Assembly: GCA_016710115.1 (NCBI GenBank)
Contig: JADJLN010000001.1
Span: forward strand, 300,029-364,028
Origin: Saprospiraceae bacterium
GTDB taxonomy: Bacteria > Bacteroidota > Bacteroidia > Chitinophagales > Saprospiraceae
DNA length: 64,000 nt
Direction of reading: 5' to 3'
A program made the position numbers and the translations under genes. Shown one piece after another: positions 18,917-29,896 of the stretch. The notes below the pieces were generated by a model, which worked only from the letters and a program-made list of their open reading frames with translations, was not told where the DNA came from and searched no databases. Each line of letters begins with the position of its first letter. Within the stretch, counting starts at the first letter, position 1.

Positions 18917-19210
18917 GAAGGAGCTTTGTTGGTTTGAGGCGGGGCCAGAGGTAAACACTACTGTAAATATTTCCCCAATGAGGCCAGGAGTGGTATACAG
19001 TATACTTGTCAAGGGTAACCTTACCAGGGTTAATTCGGATGGATCTGATACCCGGAAGCACCGATCATTCTCAGTTGATTTATTTAACCATCTCCATGAT
19101 TATAAGGATGGTTCGATCTCTCTTTATCAAAAAGAGGAAACTTCAACATCAGGGCACCCGATCACGTCGTACACGAGCCAGGTGGCATCAATCTTCAATT
19201 GATATTCTGT

Positions 19211-20603
19211 TCAAAGCTCCCGGTTCGGATCAAAGGCCTCCAGATAATCGCCGACCCTCCGGAGGAAGGATCCACCCAGGAAGCCATCAACAACCCGGTG
19301 ATCATACGCCAGGGAGAGGAACATCAGATGGCGTACAGCAATCATGTCCCCATAGGCCGTCTCGACAACTGCAGGCTTTTTCCGGATAGCTCCGGCAGCC
19401 ATGATGGCCACTTGCGGCTGGTTGATGATGGGCGTACCCATGACATTCCCAAACGTACCGACATTGGTCAGTGTGAACGTACCATCCTGGATTTCCTCAG
19501 GCTTCAGCTTGTTCAGGCGGGCGCGGTTTGCCAGGTCATTGACGGTTTTCGTCAGACCGACCAAGGTTGAGATAATCCGCCTGCTTGATGACCGGGACGA
19601 TGAGGTTGCCACTGGGTAGAGCAGCAGCCATGCCGATATTGATATCTTTTTTTCGGATGATGGTCGTTCCCTGTACAGAGACATTGATCATGGGGAAATC
19701 GCCGATGGCTTTGGTCAGAGCCTCGATAAATACAGGAGTGAACGTAATCTTTTCACCGTATTTATCCTCAAAGGTCTTTTTCACTTTATTGCGCCAGTTG
19801 ACCAGATTGGTCACATCGACCTCGACAAACGAAGTGACGTGCGGAGACGTCTGCTTGGACATCACCATATGGTCGGCAATCAGTTTGCGCATCCGGTCCA
19901 TTTCGATGATCTCGACATTTCCACTGGCTGCCGGGGCTGATACCTCTTTCGGTGGAGCTGGTTGGGTCGCTGGTGTAGCTGGCGGTGCGGAGGGCGCAGC
20001 CTGTGGTGCCGCTGCCGCTGCAGGCTGTACACGATCAGCAGTATGCCGGTTTTCGACATACTGAAGGATATCTGTTTTTGTGACCCGGCCTCCGAGGCCG
20101 CTGCCCATGATCTGTTCGAGTTCGGTTGTGCCGATCTGTTCCTTTTGGGCAATGGTACGGACGAGTGGAGAGTAGAACCGTCCACCTGAAGAAGTGCGCG
20201 GTACGTCAACAGGTTCGGAGGATACATTGCTTGCTACCGCAGCTGATGGTGGTGCAACCTGAGGTTGGATCGGCGCAGCTGGAGGGGTTACCGGTGCTGC
20301 CTGGCCATTGCCATTGGCAGAAGCTGCTGCAGGGGCTGCCGGTTTGGCATCCTCTACCTGACCGCCTGTATTGATCCGCGCGATAGCCTGACCCACAGGG
20401 ACAACATCATTTTCCTGAAACAACCACTCACCAAGTACGCCAGCGACGGGGGAAGGCACTTCCGAATCGACTTTATCTGTCGCGATCTCCAGGATCGTTT
20501 CATCCACTTCCACCTGATCGCCCGGTTTTTTCAACCAGCGCAGTATAGTAGCTTCTATGATACTCTCGCCCATCTTGGGCATGATCAGATCGACCTGTGC
20601 CAT
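19211..20603 (-). CDS. 2-oxoacid dehydrogenase complex E2 component (dihydrolipoamide acyltransferase). There is an apparent frame change at ~19560-19600.
   Basis: Lipoyl domain with IATDKV, a peripheral-subunit-binding domain (SPLVRTIAQKEQIGTTELEQIMGSGLGGRVTKTDI), Ala/Pro-rich linkers, and a catalytic domain ending DHRVVDGFLGGSFLRRV (the DHR..DG motif) in the 19211..19684 fragment. Confidence 0.8.
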
Positions 20604-20976
20604 AACCTTGTTTTTCTTTCCTAGGAAGACCACAAAGGTAGGGCATTTCCGGTGGATGGAATACCGGGCTTTGCCTTCCCTCTGCCGAAAGATCAGCAAC
20701 CGTATGGTGGAAGCCTTTTCGATTGTTCCTGTCCTGCAGTCGGAGACATATTGTTTTTCATCATATCCGGAGGCAGGCTTGCTGAAAATGTTGGTGTTCA
20801 GTGGGTTTATTCGAAGAAATCTGTTCTCGGCAAGAAGGGAAGCTGGCCGACGTTAACAAAGCATTCACCAGATTCAGATGATAATCCATCTCTCTGCCGT
20901 AAATTTGTACCCCTATTCAACAAAATTCTCCAATGGCTTCCGCGTTTTACCTGAAGCTGATCTAAACCGAATCAAC

Positions 20977-22608
20977 ATGATCGAGAACATCGTTGGTCGT
21001 CGCCCGCATTCTGCGACGCTGGAAGCTATCGGATTGACAGGCTATCAGACAGCCTACTGGAATCTGACCCCCGAGGAGCTGGTCGAGGAGACCCTGAAAA
21101 GAGGAATGGGTGAACTGAGTGATCAGGGTGCGATTGTCGTTTCCACAGGTCGGTTTACCGGACGTGCACCGAAGGACCGATTCATTGTACGAGATGCGTA
21201 CACGGAGAATACAGTCAACTGGAGTGGTAAATTCAACCATCCGACAGAAGCCACCGTCTTTGATCAACTTTATGCCAAGGCGTGCGCGTACCTCAAAGGA
21301 AAGGACATCTTCGTCCGCGATGCCAGCGCCTGTGATCATCCCGATTACCGGATGAATATCCGGGTGGTGACAGAATATCCCTGGAGCAACCAGTTTGCCT
21401 ACAATATGTTTCTGCGCCCTTCCCGGGAAGAACTGACCAATTTCGAGCCGGAGTGGCTGGTGTTGAACGTCCCCGGGTTTCATGCAGATCCAGCTGTCGA
21501 CGGTGTCAAATCACCCAACTTCGCCATTATTCACTTTGCCAGAAAGACCATTCTGGTAGGCGGCACCGGATATACAGGCGAGATCAAGAAGGGCATTTTT
21601 TCTGTGCTGAACTATATCCTCCCGCAAGAGCGTAATGTGTTGAGCATGCATTGCTCGGCCAATATTGGTGCAAACGGGGACACGGCCGTTTTCTTCGGTC
21701 TCTCCGGTACAGGAAAAACTACCCTGTCCGCCGACCCTGAACGGGAGCTGATCGGCGACGACGAACATGCCTGGTGTGAAGATGGCGTCTTCAATTTTGA
21801 AGGCGGTTGTTATGCCAAATGTATCGGCCTGACAGAAGAAAAGGAGCCGGACATCTTCCGGGCGATCAAGCATCGCGCCATCCTTGAAAATATCATCTTC
21901 AAACCGGGTACTCGTGAACCCGATTATGAAGACAAATCCATTACCGAAAACACCCGGGTTTCCTATCCGATCGATCATATTTCCAATGCCCGCCGACCTT
22001 CTCGCGGCAACCATCCTGAGCATATCTTCTTCCTGACCTGTGATGCCTATGGTGTATTGCCGCCCATTTCCAGGCTGACACCGGGACAGGCGATGTACCA
22101 TTTTATCTCCGGCTATACTGCAAAAGTGGCCGGTACTGAAGAAGGTGTTGTCGAACCACAGACCACCTTTTCCGCCTGTTTTGGTGCGCCCTTCCTGCCC
22201 CTCCATCCGACCAAATATGCGGAGATGCTCGGTGAACGGATGCAAAAACATGAGGTCAGTGTCTGGTTGGTCAATACCGGTTGGACCGGTGGTGCGTATG
22301 GTATAGGAAACCGGATGAGCCTGAAATTCACCCGGGCCATGATCCGTTCTGCCATGCGTGGCGAGCTGACCAACGCCTCTTTTGAAGTTGATCCCGTATT
22401 TGGATTGCACTATCCAACAGCAGTAACAGGCGTTCCGGCAGAGGTACTCAATCCACGCAATACATGGACCGACAAGGAGGCCTATGATCAGCAGGCGCTG
22501 AAACTCGCTGGTCAGTTTGCCCGGAACTTCGCCACTTTTGCCGATCAGGCCAGCCAGGAGATCCTGGACGCTGCACCAGTGGTAACACTCCAGGGCGTCA
22601 ATTCCTGA
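20977..22608 (+). CDS. pckA: Phosphoenolpyruvate carboxykinase (ATP).
   Basis: GLSGTGKTTLS kinase-1a motif, GDDEHAW, and an overall PckA profile. The start was chosen at ATG 20977 (MIENIVGRRP) within ORF-track 20878..22608. Confidence 0.9.
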   Translation: MIENIVGRRPHSATLEAIGLTGYQTAYWNLTPEELVEETLKRGMGELSDQGAIVVSTGRFTGRAPKDRFIVRDAYTENTVNWSGKFNHPTEATVFDQLYAKACAYLKGKDIFVRDASACDHPDYRMNIRVVTEYPWSNQFAYNMFLRPSREELTNFEPEWLVLNVPGFHADPAVDGVKSPNFAIIHFARKTILVGGTGYTGEIKKGIFSVLNYILPQERNVLSMHCSANIGANGDTAVFFGLSGTGKTTLSADPERELIGDDEHAWCEDGVFNFEGGCYAKCIGLTEEKEPDIFRAIKHRAILENIIFKPGTREPDYEDKSITENTRVSYPIDHISNARRPSRGNHPEHIFFLTCDAYGVLPPISRLTPGQAMYHFISGYTAKVAGTEEGVVEPQTTFSACFGAPFLPLHPTKYAEMLGERMQKHEVSVWLVNTGWTGGAYGIGNRMSLKFTRAMIRSAMRGELTNASFEVDPVFGLHYPTAVTGVPAEVLNPRNTWTDKEAYDQQALKLAGQFARNFATFADQASQEILDAAPVVTLQGVNS

Positions 22609-22631
22609 TCACTGTAAACCCGTCAATGACA

Positions 22632-22668
22632 AGGCCCTGTTCTCAACCGAGAACAGGGCCTTTTTTTC
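22632..22668 (+). terminator. Intrinsic terminator after pckA.
   Basis: AAGGCCCTGTTCTC-aacc-GAGAACAGGGCCTT hairpin followed by TTTTTTT. Confidence 0.8.
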
Positions 22669-22684
22669 TCTATACCTTTGCCTG

Positions 22685-23494
22685 ATGCCCATCGATCCAG
22701 CATTGTTATACGCAGCCAAAGACGCCGCGCACCTGGCTTGCGCCGAAATCATGGAGGTTTATGCCTCTTTTACATCTGACCAGGTGATGCACAAGTCGGA
22801 TGACTCACCCTTGACAAGGGCTGACCTGCGAGCCAATACCGTGATCCAGCAGACTCTGGAAGCCCGTTTTCCGGACATTCCCTTTCTGTCTGAAGAAAAC
22901 AAACAGATCCCCTATGGCATTCGAACCGGATTTTTGCGGTTCTGGATGGTGGATCCACTTGACGGCACGAAAGAATTTGTCAAAAAGAACGGCGAGTTTA
23001 CAGTCAATATCGCTTTGATTGAGGAGGGTCGGCCTGTACTGGGTGTCGTTGCCGTTCCGGTTTCCGGAGCTTGCTATTGGGCCGCGAGAGGGGAGGGATC
23101 CTGGATGGAGAAGGAGGACCAACCTGTAGCTATCCGTTCCAGATCATTTTCCCAGACCGATCAGGGACTGAGACTGGTGGCATCCCGGTCGCATCGTGAT
23201 GCCGATACAGAGGCGTTCATGGCCCGGTTTGACCAGCCGGTGATCCGCCCTTCCGGGTCATCACTGAAAATCATTCGACTTGCCACCGGAGAGGCCGATA
23301 TGTATCCCCGGTTTGCGCCGACCATGGAATGGGATACCGCCGCCGCCGACATCATCCTGGAGGAATCCGGTGGAAAAATAATCAATGCCGAAACAGGAAA
23401 ACGCTTGCAATACAATAAGCCTGATCTGCTGAATCCGCATTTCCTGGCCTACGGAAATTGCGTGGATTGTGGAGGGGAAACGCAAAGACGCTAA
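22685..23494 (+). CDS. cysQ: 3'(2'),5'-bisphosphate nucleotidase (inositol monophosphatase superfamily).
   Basis: WMVDPLDGTKEF (metal-binding DPLDGT), length 269 aa. Confidence 0.8.
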   Translation: MPIDPALLYAAKDAAHLACAEIMEVYASFTSDQVMHKSDDSPLTRADLRANTVIQQTLEARFPDIPFLSEENKQIPYGIRTGFLRFWMVDPLDGTKEFVKKNGEFTVNIALIEEGRPVLGVVAVPVSGACYWAARGEGSWMEKEDQPVAIRSRSFSQTDQGLRLVASRSHRDADTEAFMARFDQPVIRPSGSSLKIIRLATGEADMYPRFAPTMEWDTAAADIILEESGGKIINAETGKRLQYNKPDLLNPHFLAYGNCVDCGGETQRR

Positions 23495-23559
23495 CACGCG
23501 AAGGGAAGGAGTCGGATTTCGTTTATACGACAATGAGTTTATTCGTTTATAACGTTGTC

Positions 23560-23720
23560 ATATCCACCCAGCGAGGAGAACCCCAGAGATGTTCTCTCGA
23601 GTTTGGCTTATTTAACCCCGGAGGGGTTTAATGTGAATAGCCCCAGGTGCAACCTGGGGAATGTCATGTAGATTTATCCAACCACGGAGTGGTTGAACAT
23701 GATCCCATATCGAGTATTTA
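23560..23720. other. Array of three consecutive short stem-loops in a 330 bp ORF-less spacer. Candidate small RNA or regulatory structure.
   Basis: AACCCCggagGGGGTT, CCCCAGgtgcaaCCTGGGG and CAACCACggaGTGGTTG, each preceded by a similar short word (ttatttaa / tgaatag / tttatcc). Confidence 0.3.
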
Positions 23721-23765
23721 TACCAATCAGCATCTGATGATCCCGACAGGAATTCCCTGGACATA

Positions 23766-23800
23766 AAAAAAGCCGGAGATGAAATCCATCCCCGGCTTTT
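23766..23800. terminator. Bidirectional intrinsic terminator between cysQ (+) and the M36 protease gene (-).
   Basis: AAAAAAAGCCGGag...ccCCGGCTTTTTTAT, which is an A-tract/hairpin/T-tract. Confidence 0.7.
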
Positions 23801-23820
23801 TTATTCATCAGATCAATGCC

Positions 23821-26800
23821 TTACGGCTTGATCACAACCTTCTTCACAAATACACCTTCATCCGACTGGATCTTGATCAGATACAGTCCCATGGTGGTTT
23901 GTTGAAGTGGAATTTGCACGGTCTGATAGGTGGCACCATGCAGTTGTTGTGTCCAGAGCGCCTTGCCTTCGAGGCTGGTCAGCGTGATCTGATAATCCGC
24001 AGGTGTGGCCCGATCAATGTTCACATACAGCTGTTCCTGAGCCGGGTTCGGATACACGTTGATACCCTCCAGAGTAGGTTCCTGGTCGATGCCTGTCGTG
24101 CTGTGTTCCACAAAAGTACCTTTCCCACCGGGCAGATCGCAGAAGTCTGCTCCCTGGTCAAAACTGACACATGCCTCTGTGTTGTAATTGTACATGTCCA
24201 TAAATGTGACATCGTCAATAAACCAGCCGTCAGTGACATCAGCGGTGTTACCATCACAGGCAAACAACCACCGGACTACAATATCTTGACCGGCATATTC
24301 GGATAGATCGATATAGGTATCGATAAATCCATCCGATGCGCCGGTGAAGGCAACTGTGTTCGGCACGCTGAAGGTGCTGTATTGGATTCCACCAAGCGCA
24401 TAGGGCTCGCGGAAAAGCTTGTCGCGCACATCCAGCCAATTCACACCATAATCGGTAGATACCTGGACGAAGCCACCATCTACACGATATTCCGTGTTGA
24501 AGGAATGACTGAACCGCAGAATGGGTTTGTCCCCATTGAGTGTGACCGGTTCGATGAGATAGAGGTTTGATCGGATGGTGGTGTCCGAATTGAGGATACC
24601 CCAGGCATTGGTGCCACTGTTGACCTTGTAGTCAGAGACTTCAAAAAACAGCTGGTTGGCACCGTCAACATATTCTTTCAGCCAGATATCAATATTATCC
24701 TCTTCACAAGGCTGGTAGTAAAGGAGGTCAGATCCATGCACGACAGACGTGGCCAGTGAATAGGTGATCTCCAGTTCAGTGCCTGCAGCCATATTGCCAA
24801 TCGTCCATTGTAATTGATCACCATTCTGTGTGGCCATCATGCTTGCAGATCCAGCAATGAATGTGGCATTGTCAGGCACAACATCCTTGACGACAACACC
24901 GGTTACATCATCCGGCCGGTCATTTTGACCCGCAGAATGACATCAATATTATCTCCGGCATGGATAATTGAAGTGACCTCCTTGCGGACCTTCAATTCAG
25001 GACGACAATCCGGTACTTCGAAATTTTCTGTACCATCGGATCGGCTTGCAGATGATCCCTGGGTCGCATTGACACCCAGTCCACGGCGGGCAAACACCTC
25101 CCAGATCAGACACTGATTTTCACCATTGTTATTGGCCAGGTCAGCCGCCAGGATGGCATCACGACCATCGATGAAGCCCGGCGAACAGGCCTGCATTTTC
25201 ATGCCATCCATCACCAGTTGGATCGCTTTGTTATTTCCTGAATCGGGGTTGTCAAAATCAGGATCATATCCATATTTATCAGCCATGGCCCAGTACATGT
25301 CCCACAACATCGAACACCAGACAGACCCCACACCATGGGGAACAGACAGTGTCCGCACATCATTATAGGTGACCGGGTTAATGATCATATCCGTCGAATA
25401 CGGGAAATTTCGAATCCCTTTCCCGTTATTGGCTTCCCGACTGACGAAGGTGCCAATCCCTCTTTTCTGTGGACCGGTATCTCCTTCTTTGGCCGACATG
25501 ATCAGTGTCATAAAATCAGACCAGCCTTCGCCCATCTGTTCTTCACCACCCAGACAGCCAGCCTGGCTTGGACCACCTGTGAGACGGTTTGATATACCAT
25601 GACCGAATTCATGGGAAATGATCCCATTGTCCAAAGTACCATCCAGATAATCAGGGTCTGTCGGATCAACGGGGGCGGCTATAGTTGCAGTCAGGCCCAG
25701 GCCGGCAAATACACGAAATGTCGCGCAGTCGGACTGGCGGACAAATACGGAAGGGATGGTGACCTGGCTACCCACGGCTCCTGCACCCATATTCACAAAT
25801 GCATCTTCAAAGTTGCAGATGATCACCGCGATCGCTCCGGCTTTTTCAGCATTCAGGATCTTCTTGCCAAACTCGCAATTACCCCGGTCGATCAGGGCGA
25901 TCTTTCCGTTCAGATTGTTGACCGGATTGAAGCATCCCTGTGTGGCATTTGCCGTTCCATCATCCACGATCACAATTTCGCCGGTTGTCGGGCTGGACGT
26001 GATCTGTGGTCCGAAGCTAGCCAGGGAAGTCTGCACTTTTCCGGCGACTTCCGAAGGTGCATCAATATTGAGATATTCGACAGCGCCAGCGGCTGAACGG
26101 TCCCAGAGGAACATCCGCATGCGGCCACTTCCTCCATCCATAGGGGTAGAGAAGTCGGCATTATTGATATTCGTAAACCCGACTGCACCAAACTGTGCCA
26201 AACCATTGACGAAGTCACCTCCCATGCCCTGGTTGCTGTAGTTCTTTGCCTGGAAGTTTCCAGATACCTCGTCAAAACCGAAGTGGAAGGTTTTGTCGTG
26301 GATCATATTGATCGCATAAAACAAGTTGACCGTAGCAGCATCAGTGAAATTTTCCGGCTCCGTGTTTTCATCCAACGGGAAATCAAATTCCAGTTGACTG
26401 CCACCATCCGGTTCATTGTTATTGCTGCTGGTATTTGCATTCCGCGCTTCAAATGCACGCACATTGTTTCCCCGAGTGCGGGTAAATTCCGGACCGGGAA
26501 CGCCATTGGTGTCGTGCCACCCGAATGGTGAGGAGATGGGATCTGCAGGATCGACGACGATGCTGCGATCACCATGCGCCGGACTTTCGATCGGGAAGGC
26601 AAAGACATTGTAGGAATTCGGCACCGACCCGGTTGTATGCTGCTCCTGGCGGGCTTTCTTCACGGAGACAAGCTCGCGGTGGGTAACCGCATGACTGTGG
26701 TCACACCCCTCTTCAGCTGCCTGGCCAAAGGAACAATGCACCGTCCAGGAATGCTGGTCCAGAATCTCGCCTGTAACGGCGTCGACACGGAGGCTCCAGT

Positions 26801-27356
26801 AGTCCTGCCCCTGTACCAGGTCAATGGCCATATCCCAGGCCAATCGAACCTGGCCATTAGCCAGAGGCTGGTAACGCAACTTGACGGGTACATTTTCATG
26901 AGAAAAATCACCTTTGGCAAACGTCACCTCATGATCGCTGATCCGTTCGAGGATGCTCAATGCATTCGTCGGGGTAACACCCAGGTGAAGCAAGGCTTTT
27001 TCGAGAGCCAGGCTCGGCGTGATCGCCGGCTTCAGGGTATTGACCCTGGACGCCAGATTAGTGATCATCCGGTTGCCGGCATAGATCACCTTGCCATTCT
27101 GAATATTCAGATTGGCAATGGCGTTATACACCTCGATCCCCTGATGGCGTTGGACCAGATACAGATGACTGACACCATTGGCTACAGTCTGGTATTCATT
27201 ACTGATCGCCAGGTCCGACAGGTCGGAGGCGTTCAGGCCCAGTTGTTTGGACTGGGATTCCAGATATCGCATGGCAATATCCAGGCTCGATTGCTGCTGG
27301 GCCACGAGCATAAACGGCACCAGCAGGATAAAAAGCAAGGTAGAAGCTTGTCTCAT
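23821..27356 (-). CDS. M36 (fungalysin)-family secreted metalloprotease with an FTP propeptide, a PA-like insert, a MAM-like beta-sandwich domain and a T9SS C-terminal sorting domain. There is an apparent frame change near 24925.
   Basis: HEFGHGISNRLTGG (HExxH) is present within an M36-like catalytic region, together with an N-terminal signal peptide. The C-terminal fragment 23821..24879 ends INVYPNPAQEQLYVNI...GLYLIKIQSDEGVFVKKVVIKP (T9SS CTD). Both frames are open across 24903..24942, and the junction sits at a TTTT run. Confidence 0.8.
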
Positions 27357-27494
27357 CCTGAAATTAGGTTTGATTGAACTAGTAATCTGAAAACGTGAAA
27401 TTTACATACAGGTTCTCAAAAATAGGCAAACTCGACCATGATTGTCCAGTCCTAAGCTGAAAAACCCGTTATTTGAGGCCTGGAAGACAAATTC

Positions 27495-28241
27495 ATGGCT
27501 GGAAAAGGAAAAGAGTTCATTGCCGGAAGGCATCCGGTGCTTGAGGCATTGGAAACCAGCTTGCCTGTAGACAGTGTCTGGATGGCACGCGGCTCAACCG
27601 GTCCGGCTGAAACAAAGATCCGGGAACGATGCAGGGATCTGCGCATACCGATCAAACTGGTGCCACCTGCTGCCCTGAACCGGATCTGGAACGGCAACCA
27701 CCAGGGCGTCATCGCCTGGCGGTCATCCGTCCCATTCTATCGGATCGCCGATCTCATTCCGGCTGTGTACGAACGGGGAGAAACACCCTTGTTGATCATG
27801 CTGGACGGAGTTACAGATGTCCGTAATGCTGGGGCCATTGCACGATCTGCGCTGGCTGCAGGTGCGCATGGAATGATCATCGGCACGCGGGATGTCGCCC
27901 GATTCAATGAAGATGCTGTCAAGGCGTCTGCAGGTGCACTCCTGCATTTGCCCGTGTGCAGGGAAGCCCTGCCTTACGCTGTCGATGTGTTGCGCAATTC
28001 AGGAGTGCAGATTGTCGGCGCAGCGCTCCAGGAATCTGTCGTTCCCGCTGAATTGGATCTCACCGGGCCAGTCTGTTTTTTAATGGGAGCAGAAGATACC
28101 GGCATTGCGCCCGACCTCTTGAAAGGATTGGACAGCCGGGTACGAATACCTCAATCCCCTCAGGTGGATTCATACAATGTTTCTGTTGCAGCGGGTATTC
28201 TGCTCTATGAGGCCATGCGCCAGCGTGGCAGTTTTCAGTAG
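27495..28241 (+). CDS. rlmB: 23S rRNA (guanosine-2'-O)-methyltransferase, SpoU/TrmH family (RlmB-like).
   Basis: 248 aa. The N-terminal L30e-like region (RHPVLEAL) and the C-terminal SPOUT methyltransferase domain fit RlmB. Confidence 0.75.
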   Translation: MAGKGKEFIAGRHPVLEALETSLPVDSVWMARGSTGPAETKIRERCRDLRIPIKLVPPAALNRIWNGNHQGVIAWRSSVPFYRIADLIPAVYERGETPLLIMLDGVTDVRNAGAIARSALAAGAHGMIIGTRDVARFNEDAVKASAGALLHLPVCREALPYAVDVLRNSGVQIVGAALQESVVPAELDLTGPVCFLMGAEDTGIAPDLLKGLDSRVRIPQSPQVDSYNVSVAAGILLYEAMRQRGSFQ

Positions 28242-28263
28242 AAACGGATCACCCTTTGGGGGC

Positions 28264-29469
28264 TTACACCCGCCCGATCACCGTGGCATAGCCTTGTCCG
28301 ACACCGATGCACATGGTCACCAGGGCATACTGGCCTTGGCGGCGGTGTAATTCCCGGGCAGCTGACAGAAGAATCCGAGCACCCGTCATGCCCAACGGAT
28401 GGCCCAGGGCAATCGCTCCGCCATTGGGATTGAGACGGGGGTCATTGTCTTCCAGCCCGAAACTGCGGGTACAGGCCAGTACTTGTGCGGCAAACGCTTC
28501 ATTGATCTCGATGACGTCCATCTGGTCCAGCGTCAATCCGGCTCTGCGCAAGGCCAGTTGTGATGCAGGTACGGGTCCGATCCCCATGATCCGTGGTTCG
28601 ACACCGGCCACTCCCGAACTGACTATCCGGGCCAGAGGCGTCAATGCATGATCGGTACATGCAGACTCGGAGGCGATCAACAGTGCGGCTGCACCATCAT
28701 TCAGTCCGGAAGCATTTCCGGCAGTCACTGTGCCCTCCTTTCGAAAGGCAGGCCGCAAACCGGACAGCGTATCCAGAGTGGTCTCCGGTCTCGGGAATTC
28801 ATCTTCTGCAAAGATCAGTGGATCGCCTTTGCGACAGGGAATCGGCACAGGAGTGATCTCCTCAGCGAGAATACCGGCTGCCCGCGCAGCTTCAGCCTTC
28901 TGTTGAGAAGCATAGGCAAAGGCATCCTGGTCAGCCCGGTTGATCTGATATTGATCTGCCAGATTTTCAGCCGTTTCACCCATGGCATCGGTACCGAATC
29001 GGGTCTTCATCTCCGGATTGACAAAGCGCCAGCCAAAGCTTGAATCATGCATTTCGGCGTCCCGACCAAACGGTGTGGATGTCTTGGAAATCACCCAGGG
29101 TCCTCGTGTCATATGCTCTACGCCGCCTGCAATGAAGAGGTTACCTTCTTCTGCCCGAATGGCGCGAAATGCATGGATCGCTGCCGACATTCCAGAAGCA
29201 CAAAGACGGTTGACTGTTTCACCGGGCACGGACCAGGGCAGGCCCGCCAGCAGCAGCGCCATTCGGGCCACATTCCGATTGTCTTCACCGGCCTGATTGG
29301 CACAACCCAGGATCACATCATCAATGGCCTCTGTCGGCAAATTCGGATGGCGGACCAACAGTTCTCGCAAAACATGAGCGGCCAGATCATCCGTGCGCAC
29401 TGGCGAGAGGGTACCGGTGAATCTGCCTATGGGGGTACGGATTCCGTCAATCAGAAAGGCCTGGGACAT
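28264..29469 (-). CDS. Acetyl-CoA C-acyltransferase (thiolase II / 3-ketoacyl-CoA thiolase).
   Basis: [10 protein letters not shown] (active-site Cys), [12 protein letters not shown], and a C-terminal CIGVGQG, across 401 aa. Confidence 0.9.
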   Translation of the reverse strand: MSQAFLIDGIRTPIGRFTGTLSPVRTDDLAAHVLRELLVRHPNLPTEAIDDVILGCANQAGEDNRNVARMALLLAGLPWSVPGETVNRLCASGMSAAIHAFRAIRAEEGNLFIAGGVEHMTRGPWVISKTSTPFGRDAEMHDSSFGWRFVNPEMKTRFGTDAMGETAENLADQYQINRADQDAFAYASQQKAEAARAAGILAEEITPVPIPCRKGDPLIFAEDEFPRPETTLDTLSGLRPAFRKEGTVTAGNASGLNDGAAALLIASESACTDHALTPLARIVSSGVAGVEPRIMGIGPVPASQLALRRAGLTLDQMDVIEINEAFAAQVLACTRSFGLEDNDPRLNPNGGAIALGHPLGMTGARILLSAARELHRRQGQYALVTMCIGVGQGYATVIGRV

Positions 29470-29512
29470 GAGTCAAATTTTGGCGAAGATAGGGGCTTCG
29501 GTTTGTTCGGTG

Positions 29513-29785
29513 CTAAGGCATGCATTGTCCGGGCACACGATGGCCATCCAGAGAAAGAAGATCATCCAGTCGGATTCGGCGGCCTCCGGCCAGAAACATA
29601 TATTCAGCTTGATCGACGATGCGGAGGTCAGTGATACAGTCCTCGATCACTTCCTCGCCATGTATTCCCTTCACGCGCAACCGGCATATTCGTCGCCGGG
29701 TGGCAGCTTCTTCCAGGCGATCGTAAAAGGAACAATCGATGGGCTGATAGGGTCGATCGGGCATAGTCACCAAACAGATTTCCAC
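29513..29785 (-). CDS. rof: Rho-binding antiterminator, Rof/YaeO family.
   Basis: PYQPIDCSFYDRLEEAA matches the YQPI(N/D)C..YD.LE signature of Rof. The likely start is the internal Met (MPDRPY), which gives about 83 aa. Confidence 0.6.
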   Translation of the reverse strand: MEICLVTMPDRPYQPIDCSFYDRLEEAATRRRICRLRVKGIHGEEVIEDCITDLRIVDQAEYMFLAGGRRIRLDDLLSLDGHRVPGQCMP

Positions 29786-29835
29786 CCATGTAGTTTGCTC
29801 GTATTAATATACACTAAAATTATATGTGTTTGTGG

Positions 29836-29858
29836 CGAATGTCGCCACAAACGAAAGG
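29836..29858. promoter_or_regulatory. Perfect 10-3-10 palindrome TTTGTGGCGA-atg-TCGCCACAAA in the divergent promoter region between rof and the gene at 29897. Candidate operator.
   Basis: Read directly from the sequence: the arms are exact reverse complements. Confidence 0.5.
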
Positions 29859-29896
29859 GGTATGGACTTCAACTTTGCCATACAAAATCACAGATC

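Noticed and set aside
29393-29896. The 5' 168 codons of ORF 29393..30991.
   Set aside because: They overlap the thiolase and rof genes on the opposite strand. A signal peptide begins at the internal ATG 29897, which was taken as the real start.
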